IMG/VR virus record: IMGVR_UViG_3300022932_000016
Location: 19,906 to 83,905 of that record
Length of the DNA: 64,000 nucleotides
DNA from: a virus
Taxonomy: Duplodnaviria; Heunggongvirae; Uroviricota; Caudoviricetes
Reading direction: 5' to 3' (one strand)
Shown here one piece after another: positions 48,648-58,190 of the stretch (position 1 is its first letter; the number at the start of each line of letters is the position of its first letter). Below the pieces are notes generated by a model. That model was not told the origin of the DNA. It searched no databases and worked only from the letters and a program-made list of their open reading frames with translations. The position numbers and the translations under genes are program-made.

Positions 48648-49390
48648 ACGACCTAAAGCGGATACTCATCATATTTATCGCTGCTTGTATTATGATTGGG
48701 TTAGGCTTATGGATCAAAGACTTTGCTGACACCGAGGGTTGGAAAACCGCGTACAAATATAACATCGCGATACCCGCAGAGAAAAAGGACGAGTTCAACT
48801 ATGATGTCGACTCGCACCAAGGGCTTGTTCTATCTCGCGGTGAGTTTGAAACTAAAAAGGGCATCAAGTTTGACGACCAAAAAGAGACGTTCACATACGT
48901 AGAGGAGGTACATGAACACTACACTAGACACACCCAAACATATTCTTGCGGTTCTAGCAAACACCCACGTACTTGTACTCGTACCTACTACTCGTGGGAC
49001 AGGGTTGGTAGCGAAGAAAAGTATGCTGATAAAATCACCTACTTCGGGCGAGAGTACAACGCGAATAACTTCAATATCGGTAACTTCGTCTCTCGAGTTG
49101 ACGGGTATCACCGTTCGAACTGGGCAGACAGATACTACTACAATGTCGTACCGCTAAAGTTCACCGCTTCATTTTTGACTGATACATCAGAGGGGACTGT
49201 AGCATCGGCTTTTGACGGTCAGGTGAAACTCGAAACTGTTTCGGTTGAGCAACTGCGCAAAGACTCGTTGAATTACAAGCTCGTGAACAACGTCATCGTG
49301 ACGATTGTATCAATCATTATTCTAATTGCTGCGAGTATTGGCGCATGGTCATGGGTATGGTCAGACGGTAAGTGGAGTATGAAAGACTAA
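48644..49390 (+). CDS. membrane protein with N- and C-terminal TM helices
   Basis: ILIIFIAACIMIGLGLW and IVTIVSIIILIAASIGAWSW. Confidence 0.5.
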   Translation: MNDLKRILIIFIAACIMIGLGLWIKDFADTEGWKTAYKYNIAIPAEKKDEFNYDVDSHQGLVLSRGEFETKKGIKFDDQKETFTYVEEVHEHYTRHTQTYSCGSSKHPRTCTRTYYSWDRVGSEEKYADKITYFGREYNANNFNIGNFVSRVDGYHRSNWADRYYYNVVPLKFTASFLTDTSEGTVASAFDGQVKLETVSVEQLRKDSLNYKLVNNVIVTIVSIIILIAASIGAWSWVWSDGKWSMKD

Positions 49391-49704
49391 GTTAGGTCGT
49401 TGTCGAGTGAGTTCATCTGGTACTCCATGTAGTAATCAACTACATCGTCAGCAGGGTATTTCTGCCAGACCATTGTGAAATCATTGTCATCAAGTATAGA
49501 GATAAGTTCTGGCTGATTGAATAGCATTATAGCCTTCATTGCTGTTTGACCCATGGCTTCGCGAGTGTGCACCACGTGGTTCATGTTCTCATATTCTTCA
49601 GAGTAGAGGCGAATGACCGTGTTGTCGCGGTCTAGTTCGTAGTCTTCTTCACCTGTGTGTATTTCGATTACTGGGCTTTGTTCTCTAGGTATTAGCATGT
49701 TCAC
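49387..49704 (-). CDS. hypothetical protein
   Basis: ORF. Confidence 0.45.
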   Translation of the reverse strand: MNMLIPREQSPVIEIHTGEEDYELDRDNTVIRLYSEEYENMNHVVHTREAMGQTAMKAIMLFNQPELISILDDNDFTMVWQKYPADDVVDYYMEYQMNSLDNDLT

Positions 49705-49879
49705 CCTCCACTGTCAGCTGTGTGCTGTATTCAATTTCGTCTCTCAGAGCAGCGATTGCGAGTGAGCGACTAAGTTCGCCACGATCAACCATTCGCATGT
49801 AGTCTTCAAACCGCTTTAATCTATAGAGCTTTATCTCTTCTTCGATTTTGCGAGGCGACTTCCATTCTTTCTCTGTCAT
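49685..49879 (-). CDS. hypothetical small protein
   Basis: ORF. Confidence 0.35.
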   Translation of the reverse strand: MTEKEWKSPRKIEEEIKLYRLKRFEDYMRMVDRGELSRSLAIAALRDEIEYSTQLTVEGEHANT

Positions 49880-49888
49880 CTACCCTGA

Positions 49889-50215
49889 TTATAGCTGAAT
49901 ACCATTATCTTTACGGTTGTGACACCTTCGACACAGCCATTGCAGGTTACTTTGAACGTACCGCAGGTCAGGACGAACGCTACGTTTGATGATGTGGTCG
50001 ACATCGGTTGCGGGGTTACCACAGAACGAACACTTCGCATCGGGGTTATTAGCCACGAAGATAGCACGAGCTTCTTGCCATAAATCATAGTGCTTACCGC
50101 GTTGCTTGATTGCTTTGCGCGGTTTCGCTTCTACCTCTTTACGGGGTCGCTGTGAGCATTGGAACGAATAGTGCTTATCAACCGCTTTGCAGTATTTGCA
50201 GACGGTAGCTTTCAC
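49889..50215 (-). CDS. HNH endonuclease (terminase-associated type)
   Basis: CKYC...CSFCG...DVDHIIKRS...LQWLCRRCHNRKD. Adjacent to the packaging genes. Confidence 0.75.
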   Translation of the reverse strand: MKATVCKYCKAVDKHYSFQCSQRPRKEVEAKPRKAIKQRGKHYDLWQEARAIFVANNPDAKCSFCGNPATDVDHIIKRSVRPDLRYVQSNLQWLCRRCHNRKDNGIQL

Positions 50216-50805
50216 TACTTGACCCTAATGGTGACACCGCTGTACCCGTTCACAATATCGCGAATTGCGTCATTGATTTCGAGTATCGTTTCCTCGTCTT
50301 GGCTTTTGATCGTGAGTGAATACAGTTTCGGTTGGTCTTCAACCATACTTGAGAGAGCTTCGTCTTCTTCTTCGTTCACGTCCACGAATGCGTCGTTTGC
50401 AAGTGTATAGTCGAGCGCATCAAAGTGTATGTTCGAAATATCCAAGTGTTCAAGGCCTACTACGAAGTCATTGAAGCCGTCTTCTGTAATTACCCCGTAC
50501 TGTGACGAGATGAACAGAATCTTGCGTCGGGCTTCATCGTAATCTTCAGCTTCGACAGCCACGTAAGGTACTTCGACGTCCCAGCCTTCTTTTTCCATGA
50601 CCTTTTGTCGCGAGTGACCGTCGAGCAGGTAGATGTCACCATCGTGCTTCCAGACAAAGATAGGCAGGTAGAACCCGTCATCAATGATTGACTGCTTCAG
50701 CTTATCGTAGTTCTCTTTAGTGAGCACTTTTAATTCACCCTGAACAGGTATCGCTTCGCTAATTTTAACGAGTGGTAGGTTGGTCGGGTTGTGTACTTGT
50801 ATCAT
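50215..50805 (-). CDS. ParB-like nuclease domain protein
   Basis: YLLDGHSRQKV (ParB/Srx motif). Acidic C-terminus. Confidence 0.6.
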   Translation of the reverse strand: MIQVHNPTNLPLVKISEAIPVQGELKVLTKENYDKLKQSIIDDGFYLPIFVWKHDGDIYLLDGHSRQKVMEKEGWDVEVPYVAVEAEDYDEARRKILFISSQYGVITEDGFNDFVVGLEHLDISNIHFDALDYTLANDAFVDVNEEEDEALSSMVEDQPKLYSLTIKSQDEETILEINDAIRDIVNGYSGVTIRVK

Positions 50806-50813
50806 ATAATCTC

Positions 50814-51897
50814 CTAATTTAGTTTCACCACCATCGAAAAGCGTGGACCGAGATTCGTGGGGTTGCAGACTGCCATTTCGTTAATGACATCGACTGCGTA
50901 CACCTTTCCAGTGTATTTCTTCTTGATAATGTCCTCTACCTTTATTCTAGCGAACTTTGGTCTATTAACAACCAATACTATGTAGTTGTCGCGGTCAGTA
51001 ATGGTAGTTGGGTAACCTATTTTGAAGAACAGGTCTGCGAGTTGTTCAGCCAGCTCGATGTTGCTGAGAGTAAACGTAAGCGGGTCACCTTTTGATGGGA
51101 TACCAAGATCAAAATCCATTTCTGGTTTCTTGATGCGAAGTATCTCCGTAACGAATGCGTACACCGCGTCGGGCGAGGTAGAACGCATAATAACTTTGGG
51201 TAATGTTCGTGCAGACATTCTTTTGCTAATGAACTTCTTCAGAGAGCGAGCCGCACCTGCACCGCTACGAAGAATCACTAAACGCTCAAGGTTACCCTTC
51301 TTTTCAGCTACAGAGATACGGTAGGGTATATTGTTGCTGTCGAGCAAGTCCATCAAGCGGGTTGGGTCGTCTTTCTCGCGTATTCTGAACATCGTAACTG
51401 TCGAGCTACTGGTTCGGTCGTATTTGATTGAACCCCGCATAATAGCGTAAGCAAGAAACCTAAAGTATTCTACCTCGCTCATATCGACTGACCCGTTCTT
51501 AATAACGCCAGCTTGGTGACGTTTATCTTTCATACTGAACTGCAGAGGGCTTTTGACGATTGCTTGAACGTCTTTGGTGAGGGTGTTCAATTTCACTGTG
51601 TCGATTTGCTCAACTGCTATACGGTTACCCGTGAGAACGCTCTTTCGGTACAACGTCTTTCTAATAGGTAAAACGCTGTCTTCGGTGAGTGAAAAGTGGC
51701 TGATGATACCACCCTGTCGCTTAAAGATATTCACATGTTCATAAATGTATCCATCGTAATCGTACTCTGTAATGTTGAGTATCGGTGAGAATATACCGTG
51801 ACCCGCGAAGTTGGTAGTGAGAATCTCATCACCGACATTTAATTCAGTGACGTTTTTCCAACCGTCAACGGTTAACAGGTTGTTTGATGGGGTAAGC
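50814..51897 (-). CDS. Hint/intein-N-like domain protein, possible mobile endonuclease
   Basis: N-terminus (LTPSNNLLTVDGWKNVTELNVGDEILT) resembles Hint/intein block A. GTG start with AGGTGG RBS lying within the last codons of TerL. The frame differs from TerL. Confidence 0.4.
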
Positions 51898-51900
51898 ACG

Positions 51901-53307
51901 TTACCACCTGATGTATGCGCCAACAGGCTTTGGTTTGAACGCGTTGTATGCCATGTTAGCAATCATCATCGCGTCAGCCCAGTCAGGCGACCGACCGATT
52001 TTCTTGCGAAGAATGCTTTTTTTGACGACCCGCGTTTTCCCTGTGTCGAGATCGTAGGTGTGAGCAATAAGCTCTTTCTTAATTTCTGATATGTTGAAGT
52101 CTTTAGAACCCTCGAGTAGCTTCATACGTCCAGCGTCTAGGTCGAGCATAAGGTTGTAGAAGCCGTCTGAGCGCGTTTGTTGTGTCGCGATGTATACATT
52201 TACCTTCCAGCCCTTTGCGCGCAGTGCGTCGCGTGCTGAAGCCCCCACACCGTTACCCTCAATGGTGATGTACTTAGCAACTGCAGGAGTGAACCCATTT
52301 TTCATAGCAAAGTCGATGAGTTTCTCTGCAATAGCGTAGCCGATAGCTTGGTCGCTACCTTTTGGTGATTTGATTTCGATAGCTTTGACACCGACACCGT
52401 TTTCAACGAGTACCGCGATAGTTGCGTCCTTACCGCTGTCTGAAAGGTCGACACCGATTGCTTTGTTGAACTTCTCGTCTACTGGCTCGTCTAGGTCTGC
52501 TTCGAATGTCGTAGCTTTGTCGAGCAGTTTCATAGGGAACAGCGAGTCGTCGTCATCGAGATAATTCCAGTCCCCGTCAAGCAAACGCTTACGTTCTTGT
52601 GGTGGTAGCTTCTTCAAGTTTTCGATGTAGTTCGGGTCGATGAACGGGTTAGAGGTTACGGTTGCACGAATGTACACGTCGTATGCTGGCACTTTGACTC
52701 CATCTACCCAGACTTGACCGTTCTCCCACTTCTGAACTGGCCCCATACCACGCTTTTCATAAGGGTCATAGAACTCTTGACGAAGCCAGTTAGTTGAGGG
52801 GTTACACGCAAGCAGGGTTGTGCCGACTAGACCAAACTCGCGATTCATCCAGCGTCCTACACGTGAAGAAAGCACATCAACTGCGCGCTTGTCTGTTTCA
52901 CCCGCTTCGTCAACGAGTGCGATTGTAAGTTCAAGTGAACCCAGACTTTCGAAGTCAGGGTCTGATGGCTTTGCAGTTAGATCAAGAAACTGAACCCGCG
53001 AACCGTTACGATATTCAAGAAAGTTTTCACGACCGTTAATAGTGTAGTCGTCTTGGGTGATACCTAATGCGGGGTGCACCTTTGAAAGCAGTGTCGAGAG
53101 TGTTGTTTGTCGCAAGCTCATCAACTCTTTTCGAGCTAGACCAATGCGTATACCAGCGTACTTTCGTGACATAAGCGCAACAATAAGACATATAAAAAAT
53201 GACTTACCACCACCCGCACCACCACCATAAAGAATACGGGTACTTTGCGGGTTTAAGAACTCGTTATAAGCGAGCAACTGCGCGTCTGAAAATACGACAT
53301 CTGCCAT
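51901..53307 (-). CDS. terL: terminase large subunit
   Basis: Walker A (GGGAGGGKS). Nuclease motifs (GVDLSDSGKDATIAV...SPDWADAMMIA). Confidence 0.9.
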   Translation of the reverse strand: MADVVFSDAQLLAYNEFLNPQSTRILYGGGAGGGKSFFICLIVALMSRKYAGIRIGLARKELMSLRQTTLSTLLSKVHPALGITQDDYTINGRENFLEYRNGSRVQFLDLTAKPSDPDFESLGSLELTIALVDEAGETDKRAVDVLSSRVGRWMNREFGLVGTTLLACNPSTNWLRQEFYDPYEKRGMGPVQKWENGQVWVDGVKVPAYDVYIRATVTSNPFIDPNYIENLKKLPPQERKRLLDGDWNYLDDDDSLFPMKLLDKATTFEADLDEPVDEKFNKAIGVDLSDSGKDATIAVLVENGVGVKAIEIKSPKGSDQAIGYAIAEKLIDFAMKNGFTPAVAKYITIEGNGVGASARDALRAKGWKVNVYIATQQTRSDGFYNLMLDLDAGRMKLLEGSKDFNISEIKKELIAHTYDLDTGKTRVVKKSILRKKIGRSPDWADAMMIANMAYNAFKPKPVGAYIRW

Positions 53308-53882
53308 TAAGATTCATCGACTTCTGCATCAAGTTCGGTGCCTAGGTGTTCTTCAATCATTTCAGAAGCGTTTGATTCGATATATTTTGGTTCTTCGCCC
53401 TGCAATTCCTCAACGGTGTATGTTGGGTTGACCACACGAATCGTGAAGTCTGGCTTACCGAAGAATGAATCGTCTTCAGCTTCGACAGTAACTTTTTCAC
53501 CGAAACCAGTCTTTCGAACCCAGTCAGCAGCTTTGAGGTTACCAGACATAGCCATAGTAATCATACTGGTTGTCATAATGTATGCGGCATTCTTAACAGG
53601 TAGACCTTGCCACCAGTCAGGTTGGTTACGGATTACCTTGTCGATCCACTCTGGGTCAGCAAGAACTTCTTGCACGATTTTTGAGAGGTTTTTCACAGAT
53701 GGTTTACGTTGCACAACGTCACCGTCTTTTGTTAGCTGGTAATCAGACGGGTCCATGCCCGCTGCTTCCATAAGTTCTTTCTTTTCTTTTGCAATTTCGC
53801 GACCACGCTCTAGCTGAGCGATGAGTCGGGCTCGTCGTTCTTCGGGGGTCTCTTTGGGTTTTTGGTCGGGTTGATTATTCAT
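53307..53882 (-). CDS. putative terminase small subunit
   Basis: 191-aa gene immediately upstream of TerL, with an ATGA overlap. Confidence 0.5.
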   Translation of the reverse strand: MNNQPDQKPKETPEERRARLIAQLERGREIAKEKKELMEAAGMDPSDYQLTKDGDVVQRKPSVKNLSKIVQEVLADPEWIDKVIRNQPDWWQGLPVKNAAYIMTTSMITMAMSGNLKAADWVRKTGFGEKVTVEAEDDSFFGKPDFTIRVVNPTYTVEELQGEEPKYIESNASEMIEEHLGTELDAEVDES

Positions 53883-53896
53883 AATTCTATTACCTA

Positions 53897-54811
53897 TTAT
53901 ACTTTCTTATGCTCTTCGCGAAGGATAAGCGGAGCGGTATTACGCCAGTTGATTCGGTGGTGAATGCGAAACGCGTTGTTGTCTTTCTCTTTACCTGCAC
54001 CTTTTATAGCTGAGGTATTGTAGAGAACCGAGAACTTTGCACCTGACGGGTGAGTAATAATTGTGTACGCGGTCTTGGTATATGTACCGAGCGATTTGTA
54101 CATCTCAGACATACCGCCAGTGTTTGTCTGGGTGGTCTTCTGATTAAGCGCGATGAATGCTGTCGTCAAGAACAAGAACCCTTGGTGTGCGAGCGACGTG
54201 TAGGTGTTTACGTCTTCATTGATACGACCGACAAACTTGAACCGTCTGTCTGTCGAGCAAATGAAGCTGTTCATCACTTTGCGTCTGAACTGATCGGAGA
54301 CCATTTTCGAACCACCGCCACCGATATAGTCACCAGACTGTGCCATACAGAGTGAGTACATCATGGGTACTGACTTGAAATAGTCGAGCATTACGTCAAA
54401 TACTTTATCGAGGGTCTGCTCTTCTGGCAGTGGTGAAAGCATAAGCGATGAGTATTCGATGTTTTCGTTCATTCGCCACCTGAAACTATCGTAGTCGTCA
54501 TCAAGCTGGATAAAGTACTTGTAACCGAGCTGTTCTGCAATGTCAAAGGACGCGTTGCGAGCGTAGAAAATCGTTCGTCGCTCACCTGAGTTGTCGACTT
54601 CATCGAAACGCTCTGCTATTTCATTTTTGCTAAAGGTTACGACCCTATCATCACCCCATATTCTGCGGTACTCGAGAAGGGTTGCATCTTCAGTATCCAC
54701 GACTAACTTCCAATCACCTGTGTACCCGTGACGCTTGAGCGTGTTTACGGTTACTTGGTTATTCGGTCGCCCGTGGGTCAGGATCAGTGCTACGAAGTTT
54801 TTGTTTTCCAT
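53897..54811 (-). CDS. hypothetical protein, possible nucleotide-sugar transferase-like (DxD)
   Basis: VALILTHGRPN...QLDDDYD. Weak call. Confidence 0.3.
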   Translation of the reverse strand: MENKNFVALILTHGRPNNQVTVNTLKRHGYTGDWKLVVDTEDATLLEYRRIWGDDRVVTFSKNEIAERFDEVDNSGERRTIFYARNASFDIAEQLGYKYFIQLDDDYDSFRWRMNENIEYSSLMLSPLPEEQTLDKVFDVMLDYFKSVPMMYSLCMAQSGDYIGGGGSKMVSDQFRRKVMNSFICSTDRRFKFVGRINEDVNTYTSLAHQGFLFLTTAFIALNQKTTQTNTGGMSEMYKSLGTYTKTAYTIITHPSGAKFSVLYNTSAIKGAGKEKDNNAFRIHHRINWRNTAPLILREEHKKV

Positions 54812-55175
54812 GTAATTCTTTGTCGTAATTTGTTTGTGTTGACCTAATACTCATTAGGCGTTTGTTCATCTGTACATATCCCTCTTCGATTGCTTTGTCG
54901 AAGTCGATAATCACAAGGTGCGACGCTTCAAAGAGTTCTTGCACTTCTTTGGGGGCGTGGGCATAATACTCCGCGATCTTTCGATAGTCATAAACATAGT
55001 GCCGAGTCGCAGCTTTGCGAAGAAACACCTGAATATCTGAGGGTATATTTGACGCACGAATGCGCTCGTTGAGGTCGCGTACCTTTTTGTCATCAACCAG
55101 TTCGTCGATGTCGGGCTTATCGCCAGTTGGCGTATAAATCGGGGTCTTTATTTTGTCGCTATATATCTCGCTCAT
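54759..55175 (-). CDS. hypothetical protein
   Basis: Start trimmed to the internal ATG (MSEIYSDK...). Confidence 0.4.
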   Translation of the reverse strand: MSEIYSDKIKTPIYTPTGDKPDIDELVDDKKVRDLNERIRASNIPSDIQVFLRKAATRHYVYDYRKIAEYYAHAPKEVQELFEASHLVIIDFDKAIEEGYVQMNKRLMSIRSTQTNYDKELHGKQKLRSTDPDPRATE

Positions 55176-55217
55176 TCTGTATCTTATTGTACGGGAAAAT
55201 GTTATACTGACCTTCAA

Positions 55218-55385
55218 ATGGCAGAGCATCTAGACAACGTAAGGTACTTACCCGTACCGAAACAGTTGACACCAGAGCAACGCGAACACTGGGAATACCA
55301 GCTCGAGGTTGCAGAACGCGCAAGAGAGTATGCGCTACGAATGCTGGGACGTCTAGGTGTAGAGAAAGGTTTAAGTGAAGACTGA
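55218..55385 (+). CDS. small protein (55 aa)
   Basis: Read from sequence: MAEHLDNVRYLPVPKQLTPEQREHWEYQLEVAERAREYALRMLGRLGVEKGLSED. ATG lies 9 nt after a TGTTATACT extended -10-like element. Confidence 0.3.
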   Translation: MAEHLDNVRYLPVPKQLTPEQREHWEYQLEVAERAREYALRMLGRLGVEKGLSED

Positions 55386-55578
55386 CGAAGACATCTTAAA
55401 AGGTAAAGACCACGAACACGAATACTACGCGTCACAATGCGAAGAGGGTTGCGGTTGTGACTATTTGCATTTAGGGTGTAAAGACACTGACTGTACTTTC
55501 TACGCAATCGCTGACGGGTGGAAAGACTGCAACGTCGACTGGGAATACCGTATCAAGGAGCTGAAAAATGAATCGTGA
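55375..55578 (+). CDS. small Cys-rich protein
   Basis: CEEGCGCDYLHLGCKDTDC. Confidence 0.4.
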   Translation: MKTDEDILKGKDHEHEYYASQCEEGCGCDYLHLGCKDTDCTFYAIADGWKDCNVDWEYRIKELKNES

Positions 55579-55894
55579 AGAAAAGCTGAACAAGTATCAA
55601 CGTGAACACACCCTCTTATTAAATGAAATCAAAGAACTGCAAGAGCAGAAGAAGCCGATTGAAAACCGCTTACGCAAACTAAACTCACGTCGTCACCGAG
55701 TCGGTATGGCTATCTACGATTTGAAGCACGATGGTATGGTACCCGAAGTAACCGACCACGCAATCGTTCGTTATTTGCAACGCGTGGAGGGTTATGATAT
55801 AAATGACCTAAAGCTGAAAGTATCTCAATCGAAACAATCAGTCAAAGTGGGCAACGTAATCGTAACCGTTAATGAGGACCGCGAAGATGACTGA
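55568..55894 (+). CDS. hypothetical coiled-coil protein
   Basis: ORF. Confidence 0.45.
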   Translation: MNREEKLNKYQREHTLLLNEIKELQEQKKPIENRLRKLNSRRHRVGMAIYDLKHDGMVPEVTDHAIVRYLQRVEGYDINDLKLKVSQSKQSVKVGNVIVTVNEDREDD

Positions 55895-56174
55895 AAAAGA
55901 CACACGACTCCTGAAGAAGATTCGTCAACACCTGCACGACTTACACGTTGAATGGGAGAACGACCCAGAAACAGACGGTCACTGCAAAAGCACCGAGGGG
56001 TATGTCGGTCTTATATTGAGCTACCCGAACTGGTTCGAAACCGATGATTACGTAAACGCAAAGCCCGAAGTTGGTTGCGAGGTCTACTCCTACCTGTTTG
56101 GGCCACACCGTCTGCACCAATACAACACTATGGAAGAAGCATGGGACGCAGTCAAGCAATGGCGATACCGATAA
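55887..56174 (+). CDS. hypothetical protein
   Basis: ORF from the internal ATG. Confidence 0.4.
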   Translation: MTEKDTRLLKKIRQHLHDLHVEWENDPETDGHCKSTEGYVGLILSYPNWFETDDYVNAKPEVGCEVYSYLFGPHRLHQYNTMEEAWDAVKQWRYR

Positions 56175-56473
56175 AAAACCGCAACGTACCCGACATAGCT
56201 GACATCGAAGACATCATTGATAAGTTTATGCGTGACGCACACGTGAATATGCAAGCGGGTCGCAACTCATTACGTGCAGAAAAGCGAGCTATGGCTGCAA
56301 TCGTTGAACAACTCGCGTTTCGTGACGAGTACGCGGTCAAGATGACTATTGCCATGTTCTTACGTATGCAACTCGAAAGTATCAGTAAAGAAGACAAGCA
56401 CATAAACGTGGACGAGGTGCGTCGTCGTGCGGTAGAATATCTACAGGAGAACCGCGATGAGCAAATACGATGA
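56159..56473 (+). CDS. hypothetical protein
   Basis: ORF from the internal ATG (MAIPIKN...). Confidence 0.4.
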   Translation: MAIPIKNRNVPDIADIEDIIDKFMRDAHVNMQAGRNSLRAEKRAMAAIVEQLAFRDEYAVKMTIAMFLRMQLESISKEDKHINVDEVRRRAVEYLQENRDEQIR

Positions 56474-56645
56474 ACTACGACTCAAGTTTCTGAAAGACCA
56501 CGAGAAAGCTGACGAGATGGTTTTCAAGCTAAACGATGACTTTATCACCCCTGTTAAAGCAATTTATCTTGCACCAGACCCCGAAGTAGACTATGATGAA
56601 CTTGATACACTAATCGAGCAAATAAATCAAACTACAGAGGAGTAG
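56457..56645 (+). CDS. hypothetical small acidic protein
   Basis: ORF. Confidence 0.35.
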   Translation: MSKYDELRLKFLKDHEKADEMVFKLNDDFITPVKAIYLAPDPEVDYDELDTLIEQINQTTEE

Positions 56646-56648
56646 CAA

Positions 56649-57464
56649 ATGGAATACGGTAGCAATAACAATTCTAACGTGAAAAAGTACATCAAGTGGG
56701 GTGTCTGGGGCTTTATCGGTCTTCTAGTTCTCATTACACTTACTGGTTCACTCGCGTCAATCGGTACAGGTAAAGTCGGTGTCGTTACGAGTTACGGTCG
56801 CGTTACTGGTCGTGAACTAACTGAGGGTCTTTCAATCAAAGCACCTTGGGGTATCAACAGTGTTACTGAATACGACACTAAGACACAAAAGGTTCAGTCT
56901 AACGCAACAGCGTCTACTAAAGACTTGCAAGACGTTAACGCGACTGTCGTACTTACATACGCGCTAAATCGCGGTAAGGTATCAGAAGTTCACCAGAACG
57001 TCGGCAAAGACTTCCAAGCAATCGAAATTGACCCGCAGGTTCAAGAAGCATTCAAAGCAGTATCAGCTAAATATACTGCAAGCGAACTAATCACTAACCG
57101 CGCAGAAGTAAAGCGTGACGTGGTAGATAACCTAAAAGATCGTGTTGAGAAAAATGGTCGCTACAACATTCAAGACGTAGCTATCACTGAGTTCAAGTTC
57201 AGTGAAGCATTCAATCAAGCTATCGAAGCAGTGCAAATCGCTAACCAGAAGGTCGCACAAGCTCGTCAGGAGCTCGAGACAACAAAGGTTGAAGCAGAGA
57301 AGCAAGTTGCAGAAGCAACCGCACAGGCAGAGTCTCAGCGTCTTCGTCAGCAAACACTCACACCAGAGATTTTGCAACAACAATGGATCGCTAAGTGGAA
57401 TGGTGTACTACCAACTACTGACGCAAGCGGTGGCAACGCACAGTTTTACATTCCAACTAAATAA
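56649..57464 (+). CDS. SPFH/band-7 (prohibitin/stomatin-like) domain membrane protein
   Basis: N-terminal TM. GKVGVVTSYGRVTGRELTEGLSIKAPWG... followed by a coiled-coil region. Confidence 0.75.
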   Translation: MEYGSNNNSNVKKYIKWGVWGFIGLLVLITLTGSLASIGTGKVGVVTSYGRVTGRELTEGLSIKAPWGINSVTEYDTKTQKVQSNATASTKDLQDVNATVVLTYALNRGKVSEVHQNVGKDFQAIEIDPQVQEAFKAVSAKYTASELITNRAEVKRDVVDNLKDRVEKNGRYNIQDVAITEFKFSEAFNQAIEAVQIANQKVAQARQELETTKVEAEKQVAEATAQAESQRLRQQTLTPEILQQQWIAKWNGVLPTTDASGGNAQFYIPTK

Positions 57465-57682
57465 TGGCAAAGACGTTTATAGCGTTACGAGTCTACAGAA
57501 GGGCACCGATATTCGGTGACCCTTCTGGGAAACTCTATGACCGATTCACGTTTATGCTTGACGGTCAAGAATACGCAATAATGGCAGAAAGTGAAAAACA
57601 TGGCAACGAAGACAATCAGCGACGTGCTGGAATACCTGTACCGAAACAAGAAAAAAGAATTAGCAGAAGCAGTAATAGCTGA
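57464..57682 (+). CDS. hypothetical small protein
   Basis: ATG overlaps the SPFH stop. Overlaps the next ORF in another frame. Confidence 0.25.
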   Translation: MAKTFIALRVYRRAPIFGDPSGKLYDRFTFMLDGQEYAIMAESEKHGNEDNQRRAGIPVPKQEKRISRSSNS

Positions 57683-57884
57683 GTTGCGTCGACCCGCACC
57701 CGTTGCTCCCACACTGCAGCCTTCACGACCGTACTCACCGCTAACACCTATCTTCACAACACCGACACCGAAGTCACCCACTAACCCATACTTTGTTGGT
57801 GACCGACCTGACGCTTGGATGGGCACCTCTAGTTCTGTTGACAAACCCGAGGATAAAGAGTACCCTACGATTACAAAGCAATAA
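57600..57884 (+). CDS. hypothetical Pro/Thr-rich protein
   Basis: ORF from the internal ATG. Confidence 0.3.
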   Translation: MATKTISDVLEYLYRNKKKELAEAVIAELRRPAPVAPTLQPSRPYSPLTPIFTTPTPKSPTNPYFVGDRPDAWMGTSSSVDKPEDKEYPTITKQ

Positions 57885-57899
57885 TAGGAGAGAAAGAAA

Positions 57900-58190
57900 A
57901 TGATCTTGACCAACTGGCTCGTAGTCAACAAAAACGGTGTTAAATCAGTACGCAAACAAAAACCATCGCTCGACTGGGACGAAGTAGCGGTAAAATTGAA
58001 CATCGACGTACCAAAAGAATTATTCGAACGCCCAACTCTTGAGGCTTCACTCGTCGTAACAGATATCCCGAACAACGCATACCACCCAGACGTTATCCTC
58101 GATACTGTCGACTTGATTGAACAACAAACAGGTGCTAAGATTAACTTCACAGTAAGCACCGTAATTGAAAATGAATCAAACGAATCCTAA
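57900..58190 (+). CDS. hypothetical protein
   Basis: ORF. Confidence 0.4.
   Translation: MILTNWLVVNKNGVKSVRKQKPSLDWDEVAVKLNIDVPKELFERPTLEASLVVTDIPNNAYHPDVILDTVDLIEQQTGAKINFTVSTVIENESNES

Noticed and set aside
51901-53307. Intein inserted in the large terminase
   Set aside because: TerL contains an intact Walker A and both nuclease motifs in one frame and ends with a stop. The Hint-like ORF is in a different frame and starts after the TerL stop.
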